Both the position numbers and the translations under genes were made by a program. The notes under the pieces are model-generated. The model was not told the DNA's origin and ran no database searches. It saw nothing but the letters and a program-made list of their open reading frames with translations. Of a stretch of 64,000 bases of DNA, positions 1 to 11,149 are shown one piece after another (within the stretch, counting starts at the first letter, position 1; every line of letters begins with the position of its first letter). The stretch is from Phoronis australis (lineage: Eukaryota; Animalia; Phoronida), in the NCBI GenBank assembly GCA_002633005.1, contig NMRA01000298.1:109887-173886 (forward strand). Reading direction: 5' to 3'.

Positions 1-404
1 TATATTTTTGTATTCGTGCGCGCCGATTGAAAGGAATCGTGAGTGTTGCTGTGTTGCAAATTCTCTTATCCTGGGCCGATTTGAAAAATCCAAAGTTGTA
101 CTCATATTTGTTTTCGCTCCTCTTTTCAAATATTACAGTAAAAACTACTTGTAACTCTCTCCATAAAAAGTACAGTCTGTTAGGTAGATTGTTATCAGCT
201 GATCATATCCGCATGAGCGAAGCCAATTATCCTCGCTCGTGACTCGATGAATAGAGCAGCTTGGCGGCATCCCTTTGACCGTGAGCCGAGCGCGACTCAG
301 CCAAGGTGGATAAATACCGTCTAATTCAATTTTCCATACCCCACCGTTTACCTTGACGACCGGGGTTAGGACCAATCTTATTTAGTGGGACTGTTCATAG
401 CATG
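1..404 (+). mobile_element. Right-hand part of a second copy of the 3159-4649 TIR element (cut by the window edge)
   Basis: Bases 1-404 are a close direct repeat of about 4246-4649 and end in the same terminal ...tttagtgggaNtgttcatagcatg. Confidence 0.75.
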
Positions 405-2635
405 ATGCTGGGGCTGTGGTATTGTGGTTTATGCTATAGGGCGTCTTCGTTACCAGGAATTCTGGGTCTAACCTCGTGATTAGCCCTTGGGAGACAGCTA
501 GCGAACATTTGAGTTGTATGGAGTTCAATAACTTTAGGGCCTGGCTAGGAAAGAAAGTTTCGCTAGGTTACACGAGATAGTGCCGTTTAATTTATATGAA
601 GACACGTGATTTTGGCTACAATTTCCCTATCCGCTACACAGCCCTTGAACTCTATACCCTGATTTTGCTGCATACGGGTTTTCAGTGAAGACTGGTAATG
701 AACAAGAGTTGTACCTGGTAGTTTTGTTGTATACATGTACGTGACATATCTTAGCTGCGAATATACCGGGGATGTCAAAGGAGTTCAAAGCACAAGATTA
801 TGGATTGCTAGCACAATTAAGTGTCGATTTAACGTTCATATCCCTATGAAGTTTATCCTGTGACTGTATATGTTAAACCTTTTGGTAAACGTTGCAGTTG
901 AAATCTTGAGGTGTTATGAATTCACGGTGTTTTGAATTTATATTTATACACGTCATGCCGTAACATTTTGCGGACTTGTCCGCGAGATTGGGATTTGCTT
1001 GATGCTGTCTGCTCAGAATGAATTGGTGGAAGGCGTTGTTCTTTCGTCTCATCCTCACGCCTCTGGGGTCCAACAATTCCTTTCAGTTGTCCGTTGTAGC
1101 GCCAGTGGCGGTAATCATAGGGGAAATCAAGAATTAAAAATTCATCACATGGGGAGAATTTCTCGCTTACACTGATTCCCTAGCTAAGCTGCGAACAACT
1201 TTTACGATGGGTATTTGCCACGCCCTTTGTATTGAAGTAGATCTGAGCTAATGAAGTGGAAAGGTTATTGCTCCAATTACTGTCTCAACAATCGTTGTAG
1301 TTAGTACCCCCAATTTGGTCTCCTCTGACATTTGCAAAATTATAGCTTGCAACTGTAGAGAGTAGTTTTAACTTGGTACATTCTAAATATTACAAATTGA
1401 CTAAAAAGTTTAACTTGTGTTCATCTTCACAAAGGGCCAATACCCAAAGGAACAAAAAGTTTCATAATGATTTTCTTTATTGAATTTTAATGATTCTGCC
1501 CACTTGTTTTTTTCTTACTGGAAACGGGTTGATAACTTTTTATCTAAGTTTTGTACTTGAAGTACCAAAACAGTGGTAGATTAGTTAAGTTCATTGTGAG
1601 CCCATCCCTAAACATACTACATCACATGTACACTAAACATCCACCTGTCATTAAAGTTTAACCATTATTAGAACTTAAATCATAAAATATATACAAAAGT
1701 GCAAATATGGTGATAACCAAACTGAAGGTTTGAAATCTCTGGACAGTTTCGGTGGCACTGACTGTATAACTATTCTAGCTCTTTGTCAGTAATAAACAAT
1801 GAAAAGTGGGTATAACAACTGTTTCCTTGTCAAAAATCTGGTTAAACGAGATGGAAAGAGAACAAAAAAAATGAACCCATGTGATATTGTTAACTCTGAT
1901 CAGCGTTTGTATATCAATATGAGAGGTAGTTCATCTTCAATCGTGGTTGTAGCTTTTAGATTATTAATTCATCGATTTTTAAAAATCAAAAACCGTACTG
2001 CGTTGGGTTTTTTTTAGCTAAATACTGCCGTGATGTTCGTTAATAACGAAAATTAGTGGTTAATGCATTTTGAAAATTCGCCATTAAGTACAGTCAGACA
2101 TGTCTATACAGTTTATGGTCGGACAATTACACTTATTTGCATCAAGCACGCATCGAGCAATGCGGCCATCACAACTGTACATGATTCCGGCGCCTCGCTC
2201 TCTTTGATCCAGGTACAAGTCGCTCAGAAGGAAGAGTGGTGAAAATTCCCTCATTTGGAAATGCGTGACTTCCTTGTAAGCGTATTATTCACTGGATGAT
2301 TTCCATGTCTTATTTCTGGAAAGTGGTTCATATTCAACAGTCCCACTTCTTCATTGAAGACTTCTGTGAAAGAGCGAATAATTCCATATTCAATATTTCA
2401 TGGACTGTAGTTAGTACAAGTCAAGATCAGCCATAGGGGCTGTGGGTGTTACTGTTCACAAATCACCATGCAACTGAAAATGTTATTAACTAAATGGCCG
2501 ACGAACTCAACGCATTCATCGTTGGGATTAACTATATAACCATCAGACAAAAACAACTGGGTTGAGTCACTTACAATGGCGGCAGGCGAGGTTCAAACAA
2601 ATGCTGTAAACTGAAAGAGAATGTTTACAAAACCG

Positions 2636-2682
2636 AATGTTCATGAAACGGGATGTTCATGAAACGGTATGTTCCTGAAACG
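2636..2682. repeat. Short tandem repeat, about 16-bp unit x3
   Basis: aatgttcatgaaacgg / gatgttcatgaaacgg / tatgttcctgaaacg is read directly. Confidence 0.8.
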
Positions 2683-3158
2683 CCGGCTGTTGCGATAAAC
2701 AAAACTATGATCGTTTCACTTTTGAAGCATACATGTAAATAGGCAAAAATTGCGAGTGAGTTGTCTTCTCGTGCGCGGCCATTAAAAGGCCCTTTGTTGT
2801 CCGTTGGGAGAAGTAGTGCCTTTTACCATTTATTTAAACCCGTCACTTACAGTATACAAGAAGAACAATCGTGCATGCTTCGTCATTTACAGCAACCCCT
2901 TCAGGCTCTCTAACTGATAAACTACGAGCATTGCAGGGGACATCAAGTGCTTTTTTTGATACGGCCGCCTAGAAGAAACTAAAAATTACTTGGGTAACTG
3001 AAAAGCCACACCCAAGAAGTGATGAATTAAATCCTTTTGAAAAGAGTTTAATTCGTTTCACGTAATCAATTTAAATTTCAAGTCATATTTCCCCATTTTC
3101 TTGATTTATCAACGGTGATATGCATTGTACGTCAATATTTTAGCGTTTTTGGTCGTTA

Positions 3159-4649
3159 CATGTCGTGAACACATCCACTAAAACAAGAAACTGTAGGAAC
3201 ACCGCATTTATCCACCTTCACTCTTATCAGGCTTCTATTGTGAGTCAGCATGCGTGAATAATTGGCTTATAAGCCACCTCCTTAACTACTTTGGGCTGAA
3301 TGGATGACCAGGCCATAAAATGATAATTAGCCAAGACCAGTTACTATAATGCAACAAAGAACAAATAATAATGTCTTGCATCACCTAGCCTTGGTGGAAA
3401 GCTGTATACTGTATTGGCTCAAACAAACGCTTAGAAAAATTCATTTCACGGGGAGGGGACGCTTATTGTAGTGAGCCTACGGCAGTTGAAACCCGGTTTC
3501 CCAAACGGGTAAAATCGGAAGCTAGGATTCATCAAATTTACGCTCTGTGACGTATTTGTAGCCTATGACAGCCTTTCTACAAAATTGTGGTGCATTGCTA
3601 TCAACTTCCGTTGTTAAATTACGATAATTTTTCAAAAAATTGTGCTCATCACAGGGCGAAAACTTGCCGACTGATGCGTCGCTGAATCGCGATCGTCAAT
3701 AGGAAAACTTGTACTCTTGAATAAAAATATAGTTTCGACTCAACAAATTACCTGAAATCTTCCTGATGTTTTACAATTTTTAAAGTTCCTGTGGAGTCCA
3801 GATTAATTGCGATTAAGTCCAAATGTGCGCTACATCGTACTCCACAACACGAGAAAAATCTCTGGATGAACACACATGTTGTTGTCACGTGACGTTTGTT
3901 TTGAAGGTCGTCTGCGTATGAGAGTGAGTGAGCGTGCGTGTGCGGGTCATCGACGATAGACTTTTTTGTTACAAAAGGCGGAGGATTATGCAAGAAAATG
4001 GCGTTTACTAGATTGTTTTTCACTTAAACGGCTGTAACGTGCAAGGTGAGTGCGCTCGCAGAGTCACATCTCGGAAGTTTCCGGTTTGACGGATGACAAA
4101 GAACGATCTCAATGAAATTACACAAAGTCGTTTTAGAGGTTGTAATAGCTATACAAAAAGGATTTTGAGTATTAAAATGCATTTTTTCCAAAACCTAAAT
4201 AACACACGGAGTAGTTCTACATTGATACAATCCTAACTTGGGTCCTATATTTTTGTATTCGTGCGCGCCGAATGAAAGTATTCGTGAGTGTTGCTGTGTT
4301 GCAAAATCTCTTATCCTGGGCCCACTTGAAAAATTCAAAGATGTACTGATATTTGTTTTCGCTCCTCTTTTCAAACATTACAGTAAAAACTACTTGTAAC
4401 TCTCTCCATAAAAAGTGCAATCTGCTGTCTAGATTGTAATCAGCTGATCATATCCGCATGAGCGAAACCAATTATCCTCGCTCGTGACTCGATGAATAGA
4501 GCAGCTTGGCGGCATCCCTTTGAGCATGAGCCGAGCGCGTCTCAGCCAAGGTGGATAAATACGGTCTAGTTCAATTTTCCATACCCCGCCGTTTACCTTA
4601 AACACCGGGGTTAGAACCAATTTTATTTAGTGGGAATGTTCATAGCATG
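3159..4649. mobile_element. Non-autonomous TIR DNA transposon, about 1.5 kb, with TA target duplication
   Basis: Imperfect TIRs: left catgtcgtgaacacatccactaaa, right (revcomp) catgctatgaacattcccactaaa. TA flanks both ends (3157-58, 4650-51). The paralogous site in copy B (about 49752-49768, tttggtttcTAgacac) is empty. Confidence 0.75.
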
Positions 4650-5061
4650 TAGACCCAACATCATACCGTTATATCTTCTACGTTTGTTTTGATGTTCATC
4701 GGGATTACGATGAAAAAAGGGGTTACCGACTTCACGTTTAAGTGAATACAGTAGCTTCAAATAGTAATTTGAATTTCTCAAATGAGTGCCAATTTCAATA
4801 TCATGATTACCCTCTGCATTTCACTAGATTGCATTTATGTTACGTTGTAACGACTGTGAAATGACTTGTCTTCAAGCGATAGATCTATGAAATTAAGTTC
4901 ATCTATAATAAACCCAAAATTGCCGTTTGAATTAAATTACTAAGCTATTCACTACGGCCTCCCTTGTCTTTGCTGTCATTATGAAGTTATATATCGTGCG
5001 CTATTATTAAGCTTCAAACCAGCAATAAACCGATTAAAATTACCATTTTCAAGAAAGATAT

Positions 5062-5067
5062 TTTATT
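5062..5067 (-). promoter_or_regulatory. Putative polyadenylation signal (AATAAA) for copy A
   Basis: Minus-strand AATAAA about 555 nt past the stop codon, conserved at the homologous position in copy B (50172-50177). Confidence 0.35.
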
Positions 5068-5621
5068 TGAAATAAAAGAAGGTAGGATAGTTGTGTGGTA
5101 AAGCGTTGACTTTGTTAAATAATTTTGACAAACCATTACAATGCAAAGCACACGAGTAGACTATACACAATTTATAAAATTCAAATTCAGAAGAAGTAAG
5201 CCTAAGGTAAGAACTACTATTCAGGCCGCAATTAGTACAAAAAAATAATTGCAGGCGGTCTCGTACACGTTGTACCAGACGTGCGCCGGCCGCGCATGTG
5301 GGCCCATTGCTCTGATCGCCTGAAAATATTTTTGTGCATTATTGTTGTATAGTTAAAACCGAGCTGAGGAGCTAGAGACCTGACTCAAGGGTCTAGCAGC
5401 GTGGCCCAGTGGGGTTAGCACAAGTACAAAGTCTGTCAACACAGCCTTATTGAAAGCAAGCAGATGTTATTTCAACTTTAAACAACACCTATACATATTC
5501 AGTCACCAAGTGAAGGGGGGGGGGCCAAAATCAAATTCAACGCCCTACTGCGAGGGGTGCAGGTACAAGTTACGTTTATCCGTGAAAAGGCCACTATATG
5601 AGTTCAGCAATTGCACGTGCA

Positions 5622-5767
5622 TCAGTTCACAGTAAAGACTTCGTTGACCACCAGACGACAACTGGAATCCCAGCAGGTGTAAGCGTTGTTGTAGCTGTAA
5701 CCAGGACACGTCTGTACGTACAGCCTTATGTTGTAGCTTCCTGCTGGAAGGTCGCACAACCCGCCAA
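5622..5767 (-). CDS. Copy A terminal exon: CTHRC1-like domain 3, part c
   Basis: Acceptor ttttcag, phase 1; translates (F)GGLCDLPAGSYNIRLYVQTCPGYSYNNAYTCWDSSCRLVVNEVFTVN-stop. It aligns by eye with the CTHRC1 C-terminus (EGLC..GAG...TC....STGWNSVSRIIIEEL). Two paralogs keep the same 146-nt length. Confidence 0.9.
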
Positions 5768-7197
5768 CTGAAAAAGATGTAGGGACACCATGTGGTTACC
5801 ATGGCAGAAATCAGAAGATAACCCTGCTACCTTAGGGTTGTGAGGACCTTATTGACATGTCAAATACCTGCAAAGCATATATTAAGTATTTCTGAAAACA
5901 GAGAGTTTGAAGAGTGTGATTTTTGATTTTTAATAATCTGTCATTAATTGGTTGACGTGACTACTTATATTCAGTGAAATTTAGCAGAGACGATACATTG
6001 ATAGCAAATCAACAGTATAAGTAACGTGATCGAAAAACATCTTTGATTTAAACGTACAAGATAAAATCAAAAAACCCTTCTAACAGTTTCTAAGGTATAT
6101 CGAACCTGCAAAAGTATTCACTTAAGGTAATGTGACATTACTACTCATTAACAGATGGTTAGTGAATTTTTTGCACTACAATATTGTCCAGTATCAAAAA
6201 TACAAGGCCGGGGTCTCCTCTTCCAAAAGAAATAGATCTTTCTGTGTTGACCTTTAGGACGTCCGACCCACCAAGTAAAACCAAACAAACAGTCGTGAAA
6301 ATCTGCGACATTTCTTGGATAGGCATGTACATTGTACAGGTACATAGAAACAAATGACTGTGTGAATTCAGAGTCCAAGGTTGTAAACATTGAAAATGTG
6401 ACATGAATTTGCAACCGTAACATCCATTTAATACTCATTGTTTTTTTATGTGTCCTGTAAGTGTGTTATTTCGTAGTGTGTGGCGTAGCGGTTCTATGCA
6501 ATACAAAGGCTTTCGATGAAACTTCATGCTCAACAACGTTTTAAGGTTATGCGTGACCTGATTGACAGGCCTGTCAATTTAGCCAACTACAGTTAGTTTT
6601 AATGTATCAAAAGTTGTAAAAATTGAAAACTATTTGAATTTCATTTTTGGCATTGCACCAATTTAACTTTAATTGGGTAGCGTGAACACGTGTTTTAGTA
6701 AACTTTAGGGAAAGCGAAAGGACAGCGGTATCAAGAACATGGGAAGAGTTTGTTTGACATAAATGTTGAAGATTATATCTAAAACTGTTACAGTATTCTA
6801 AGTTGTCATACTTTTTCGTTTTACACAAATTTTGAGCCTAATACTAAAAATCGTGAAAGTCATTCTTTGATATCGCTTCATACAAAAAACGTACACTTTA
6901 GCCGAATTTACTCAGTAGCAGACTAACGGAGACCAATGCATAAAGCAATGTAATCGAAAGCCAAGGCAATGATCTGCTAATGGTTGATCGTGCGTAAACT
7001 TCATAGACAATCAGGAAAAAACACTGCAGTCTTGCCCTTTCCTGACCTCCTCAGCTTAATTTTATTCCCGGGGAAAATTTGGCTGCCAAACGTTCCCTTC
7101 CGGGATACTAGAACAAAATCATGTTCAGCGAACATGATATGCTGCATAAAGTCCCGAAGAGGTCAGCCAACAGCGTGAAATAAGTTAGCGACTGAAG

Positions 7198-7973
7198 TAG
7201 CCAGCCAGCTAGCTGTATGAAGACTGTCGTTAAAATACAGCTTGTTACCACTGTGTGTTTTTCTTCCGTTGACCCCGAAATTGCCCACAGCCAGGGAAGT
7301 TCAGTTCTGCTCGTCACTTAGCTGTGAAACCTCTTTCAAAATGTCGAGCTAACGACCGGACGGGTTGCATGCATAATCTGAGTGTCAACCGACACTCACC
7401 TTGCCGTCACAACAGTTTAAGTGAAAAACAATGCAACAAATGTCATTTCCTTGCTTTATTTCCTGCTTTTTCTAACAAAGAAAATTGATGTCCTTGTTTT
7501 AAAAACAATATTATCGTGACACGAGCACGCGCCATTTCCTAATTTTTTGCAAAATCTCTCGGGAGATGATAACAGCTTGGCAGCAGCAAAATATCTTCTG
7601 AAATACAGTTTTCCGGTAACAAAATTCTTAATCTTGTAATGAAGTAAAACCAGTTCTCATATCTTGCTGTGACGTGTACGCAACCTCGTGAAAGAACAAC
7701 AGCTGATCGAAAAATCGGCTAAAAAGAAACTGGCCAATAGATTATGCAATATTTCATTGCGCCGAAAGCCAACGCAGAAGATCGCTCCAAAACTTTGGCA
7801 GCAGAGTAACAGTAAAACGCCAATTTTTCCATAATCAGAAAATATTTGTTACTTACTCATATACGTGTGTGGTTTTTAATGACACCAATTCTCTCTCAGA
7901 TTTTATCTTACCACTTCTTTACCCACATCGGCGCAAAGCTGTATATTTAGTATAGAGCGTTGTATCAAGGCTA
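7198..7973. mobile_element. Non-autonomous Academ(H)-like DNA transposon
   Basis: TAGCC...GGCTA termini with a 9-bp near-perfect TSD (cgactgaag 7189-7197 / cgattgaag 7974-7982). Absent from the paralogous intron of copy B (about 52140-52155). Confidence 0.7.
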
Positions 7974-8179
7974 CGATTGAAGGGTCTAGTTATATTGCGA
8001 TAATTGACTGGTCACTTTCTTTCGTTTCCGTGAAACTTGAGCATTCAGTTGTCAGCTTACATGTAGTTTCCTGGCACTTGGGATCGTAGCTTTTCATCCA
8101 TGTGTGTGTCATGCCGTTTTCTGAACGAGATCAAGTTGAACCAGCTAAAACAAATAAATGCAATACTGCTCTCACTTAC

Positions 8180-8405
8180 ACGATGATGTATGGTGTTGGT
8201 CATCATCCACATTGTCTGTTCTGTAGAACAGTCTTTGGTAGACAATAGTAGCAATTTTTCCAGGCGTAGAACATTCGGCCCCATTAAAGGTCAGATACCA
8301 ACGAGCGCAACCGGGTGTACCGTAACTTGACTCATATTGTCGTAAGTCACCGTTGTACTGAACAGATAGTAGACTTTGAGATGACTTCTTATTATAGGTG
8401 ACCGA
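8180..8405 (-). CDS. Copy A exon: CTHRC1-like domain 3, part b
   Basis: cag acceptor, gtaagt donor, phase 0->1, 226 nt. SVTYNKKSSQSLLSVQYNGDLRQYESSYGTPGCARWYLTFNGAECSTPGKIATIVYQRLFYRTDNVDDDQHHTSS contains the CTHRC1 hallmark CxRWYxTFNGAECS and ends in HxTSS. Confidence 0.92.
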
Positions 8406-9024
8406 CTGTGTGAAAAAAAAGAACACATAATGGTGTCAGTGACATTAAATTCAAAATGCTCTGGTAGTGTAGGCCGATACTCCCCACAGCCCAGCTGATA
8501 CGAAGACTACAGAAACTTGTACCTGACAATTGCCGGTCAACCCAAAGACCAGGCAACTTTCAAACCTAAGCCACCCGACAATGGGTATGCATCAAAATCC
8601 TATTTTTGAGAGTTGTACGATACCTAAACAGATAAAGTGTACTTTTTGCCAAACGATATACATGTGTAGTAAAAGGACAGCGGGTGTGCGTTCCGTAGAT
8701 ATCAGAATCTCACTATTTAAAACGCAAGAATACGGTACACCGTACGCCGTATATAACAAGCAAATATATTGATTACACACGCTACCGTAGAGAGTTTTCT
8801 AAAAGAATTAAACTCACAAAATTATGTATCGGTTCGGTGCAAGTTTCATACGCACCTACTCAAGTGACGCATGGTCACATCAAGCATTTGGTCATTTATT
8901 AAAGAAGACCACTGTACCTGATGTCCTTTATGAATATGCAAATATTTCCTGAATGTTACTAGCTCTATTTAACTAAATAAATGATCATGAGGAAAATGAG
9001 AACAAGATGGGGTTCAACACTCAC

Positions 9025-9131
9025 AATATTTCGGATATGCCCGTTGTCTGTATCGTCGTTCAATGACCACCACCACCACTGGTGAAAGTTGTACTCCGGC
9101 AGTCGCTGGACGCTGGCGTCACGTGTTACGA
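9025..9131 (-). CDS. Copy A exon: linker + CTHRC1-like domain 3, part a
   Basis: cag acceptor, gtgagt donor, phase 1->0, 107 nt. (V)VTRDASVQRLPEYNFHQWWWWSLNDDTDNGHIRNI aligns with CTHRC1 NYKQCSWSSLNYGIDLGKI. Conserved in copy B. Confidence 0.88.
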
Positions 9132-9545
9132 CTGTTATCAACCAAATACGATAGAGTATGGATTAACTGAAGACCACTTCATTACATTCGGTTTAAAGAG
9201 TTCCCACAATGACCCCGTGTCTCAAAAGGAATTTTATTATTACACCTTAATAGATTTAATAGTCTTTAGTACACCTGTTGCTACGAAACAAGCCAACAAT
9301 TTTAAAAATATATTTTTCTGATATCGGGTTTGTACGCAATGGGTGGAAGACCGCCTCTGCCGTTGTTGTGTTGCCAGTGTGATACTGAACTGACAATTTG
9401 TGAAGAAAGTCCGCGGAGAGCCGCCTTTTTCAGACATGAAAAGGTGCGCTTGTGGAAACTGTGGTAACAACAACTTGACTGAGAACGTCTCTGTGTTCAA
9501 TTATCCCAAATACGTGAAAGTTGCAAAGAAATGACATGGGTTTGT

Positions 9546-9693
9546 CATGGGCGGCGCTCTTTAGAGGTCTGAGGGAGAGCTATAGCCCCCAACTTTTTCA
9601 GTGCTAAGCAGCCCATGGTCTATAGGCGGCTCACCATAGGGGGACTTCAGGGGGGCTTTTATCCCCACTTTTTTCAGTGCTGCGCCGCACATG
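9546..9693. mobile_element. Small MITE-like element with inverted termini
   Basis: Inverted termini catgggcggcgc ... gcgccgcacatg; internal duplicated cccc(a)actttttcagtgct; lies in a stretch specific to copy A. No clear TSD. Confidence 0.45.
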
Positions 9694-11149
9694 ATTGTGC
9701 TCCGAACGAGACTTTGAAGTGTCAGTGTGGCCAGGAACATGAGATTCAGTCCGGCGAAAGCCGACACCTTGATCGGCACGTTTCAAAGAATCGTGTTTCG
9801 ATCACACACATAAGAGGCGTTACAATGAAGGACTCACCACCAAGTAAGTGTATTTGCAAATTTTGTAAATAACGAACAAACTGCTTCCATTCTAGGGCGA
9901 GTGGTGCTAGGCCCTGGAGCCTGACCCAGATCAAGTGCTACTACAAGTACATGTAGGCCTAGGTTTGTGCATATTACGTTTAGAGTGTGCTCATTGTGGC
10001 AATAGTGAATACGAGTAACCCAGGTTTACCTGGCCTTTGTCAGTAATTATTAAGTGTCTATTTTGTGAGTATTGACCACCACTTGGTAGAGTTGGTTGTG
10101 TCTCACATAGGTGTGCAGCATTTCTCGTGCAAGTGGGTCGAGTTCATACGGCATCAAAGGCGACGAAAGTTGAATAGGAAATCGAACTCATCGTCTGATT
10201 CCTAAGTACTTGAGTGTGATGCCCGCATCCGTTCTCCTCTCTGTCAGCGTAATGAATGTCCAATTCTCGACCAATACCGTCCTTGTCTTCTTACCTGCAG
10301 TGTTCCGACATGATTCAAATGATTGTCAAGCGGCCAACCGTCTTCCACCCACTGCGTCATTTGGCGGGAAAGTTAGAAATAGGTAATTTTTCTTCTAAAG
10401 TGTAAAAAAATGCGATTAGTTGCCATACAAATTGCCTATTTAGTAAGATCTTTTGATATTCGATTCATATCATCTAACTTAAACCTGAAAAGGTAAGAAA
10501 ATGCATGGTGGGAACTTTTTAATATTTTTCAGTGCAGATTTCGGTGCTTAAGCTCTGAGCTGCCAGTCCAGCCGTTGCAACGGACCTTCAGCTACTGTGA
10601 CGTAGTTCCAATACGTAAGCTGAATTTCTTGGTACAATGCGTTTAAAAAACATAATTTAATGAATCTAAAATTGAGTAAACTGTTCACCAATAGCCGTCA
10701 GCTTTTTTTTACAATCGTGGCATGGCATGAGCTTAGTCCAATGGCGGATTTATTGTCACTTTGTAATCTTACTCAGTGATTCGCAACATGGACGCTGTTT
10801 TGGTTGTTTCCGAGTTGCGTATCTCCTATTTTCTGGTTCTAATTTGATATGACTTTAATCTCTGAAATGCTGGGTTTAAGTAAGTACAAGAGTAGCTCAA
10901 CGTGAAATAAACAGAGACAGAGAAGAAACACTTTCATGAGCGATGACATTAATACAGTCATACCTCAACAAACTACAGTTGAGATTACGCCGGAGACCTT
11001 CAAAGGTTGTACGTGTATAACCGTTGTCAAGAATGCCCCATCAAATATATGAGAACATTAAACAACAGTTCTACAAAATACACTGTATACAGCAAGGAGA
11101 GGAAAATGAAAAGCAAAACAATATTGCGCTGATCACTGAGTACATTTAA

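Noticed and set aside
923-1179. Minus-strand stop-free frame of about 85 codons (..YDYRHWRYNGQLKG..QRLPPIH..)
   Set aside because: No early start codon, no clear splice sites and no recognisable homology.
2449-2610. Minus-strand fragment ..VNNIFSCMVICEQ resembling another PAN-type exon
   Set aside because: Flanked by stops, with too few conserved positions to support.
5545-5802. ORF-track proteins over the terminal exons (also 50559-50765 and 54817-55023)
   Set aside because: Wrong frame or extended into introns; the spliced frame gives the CTHRC1-like sequence.
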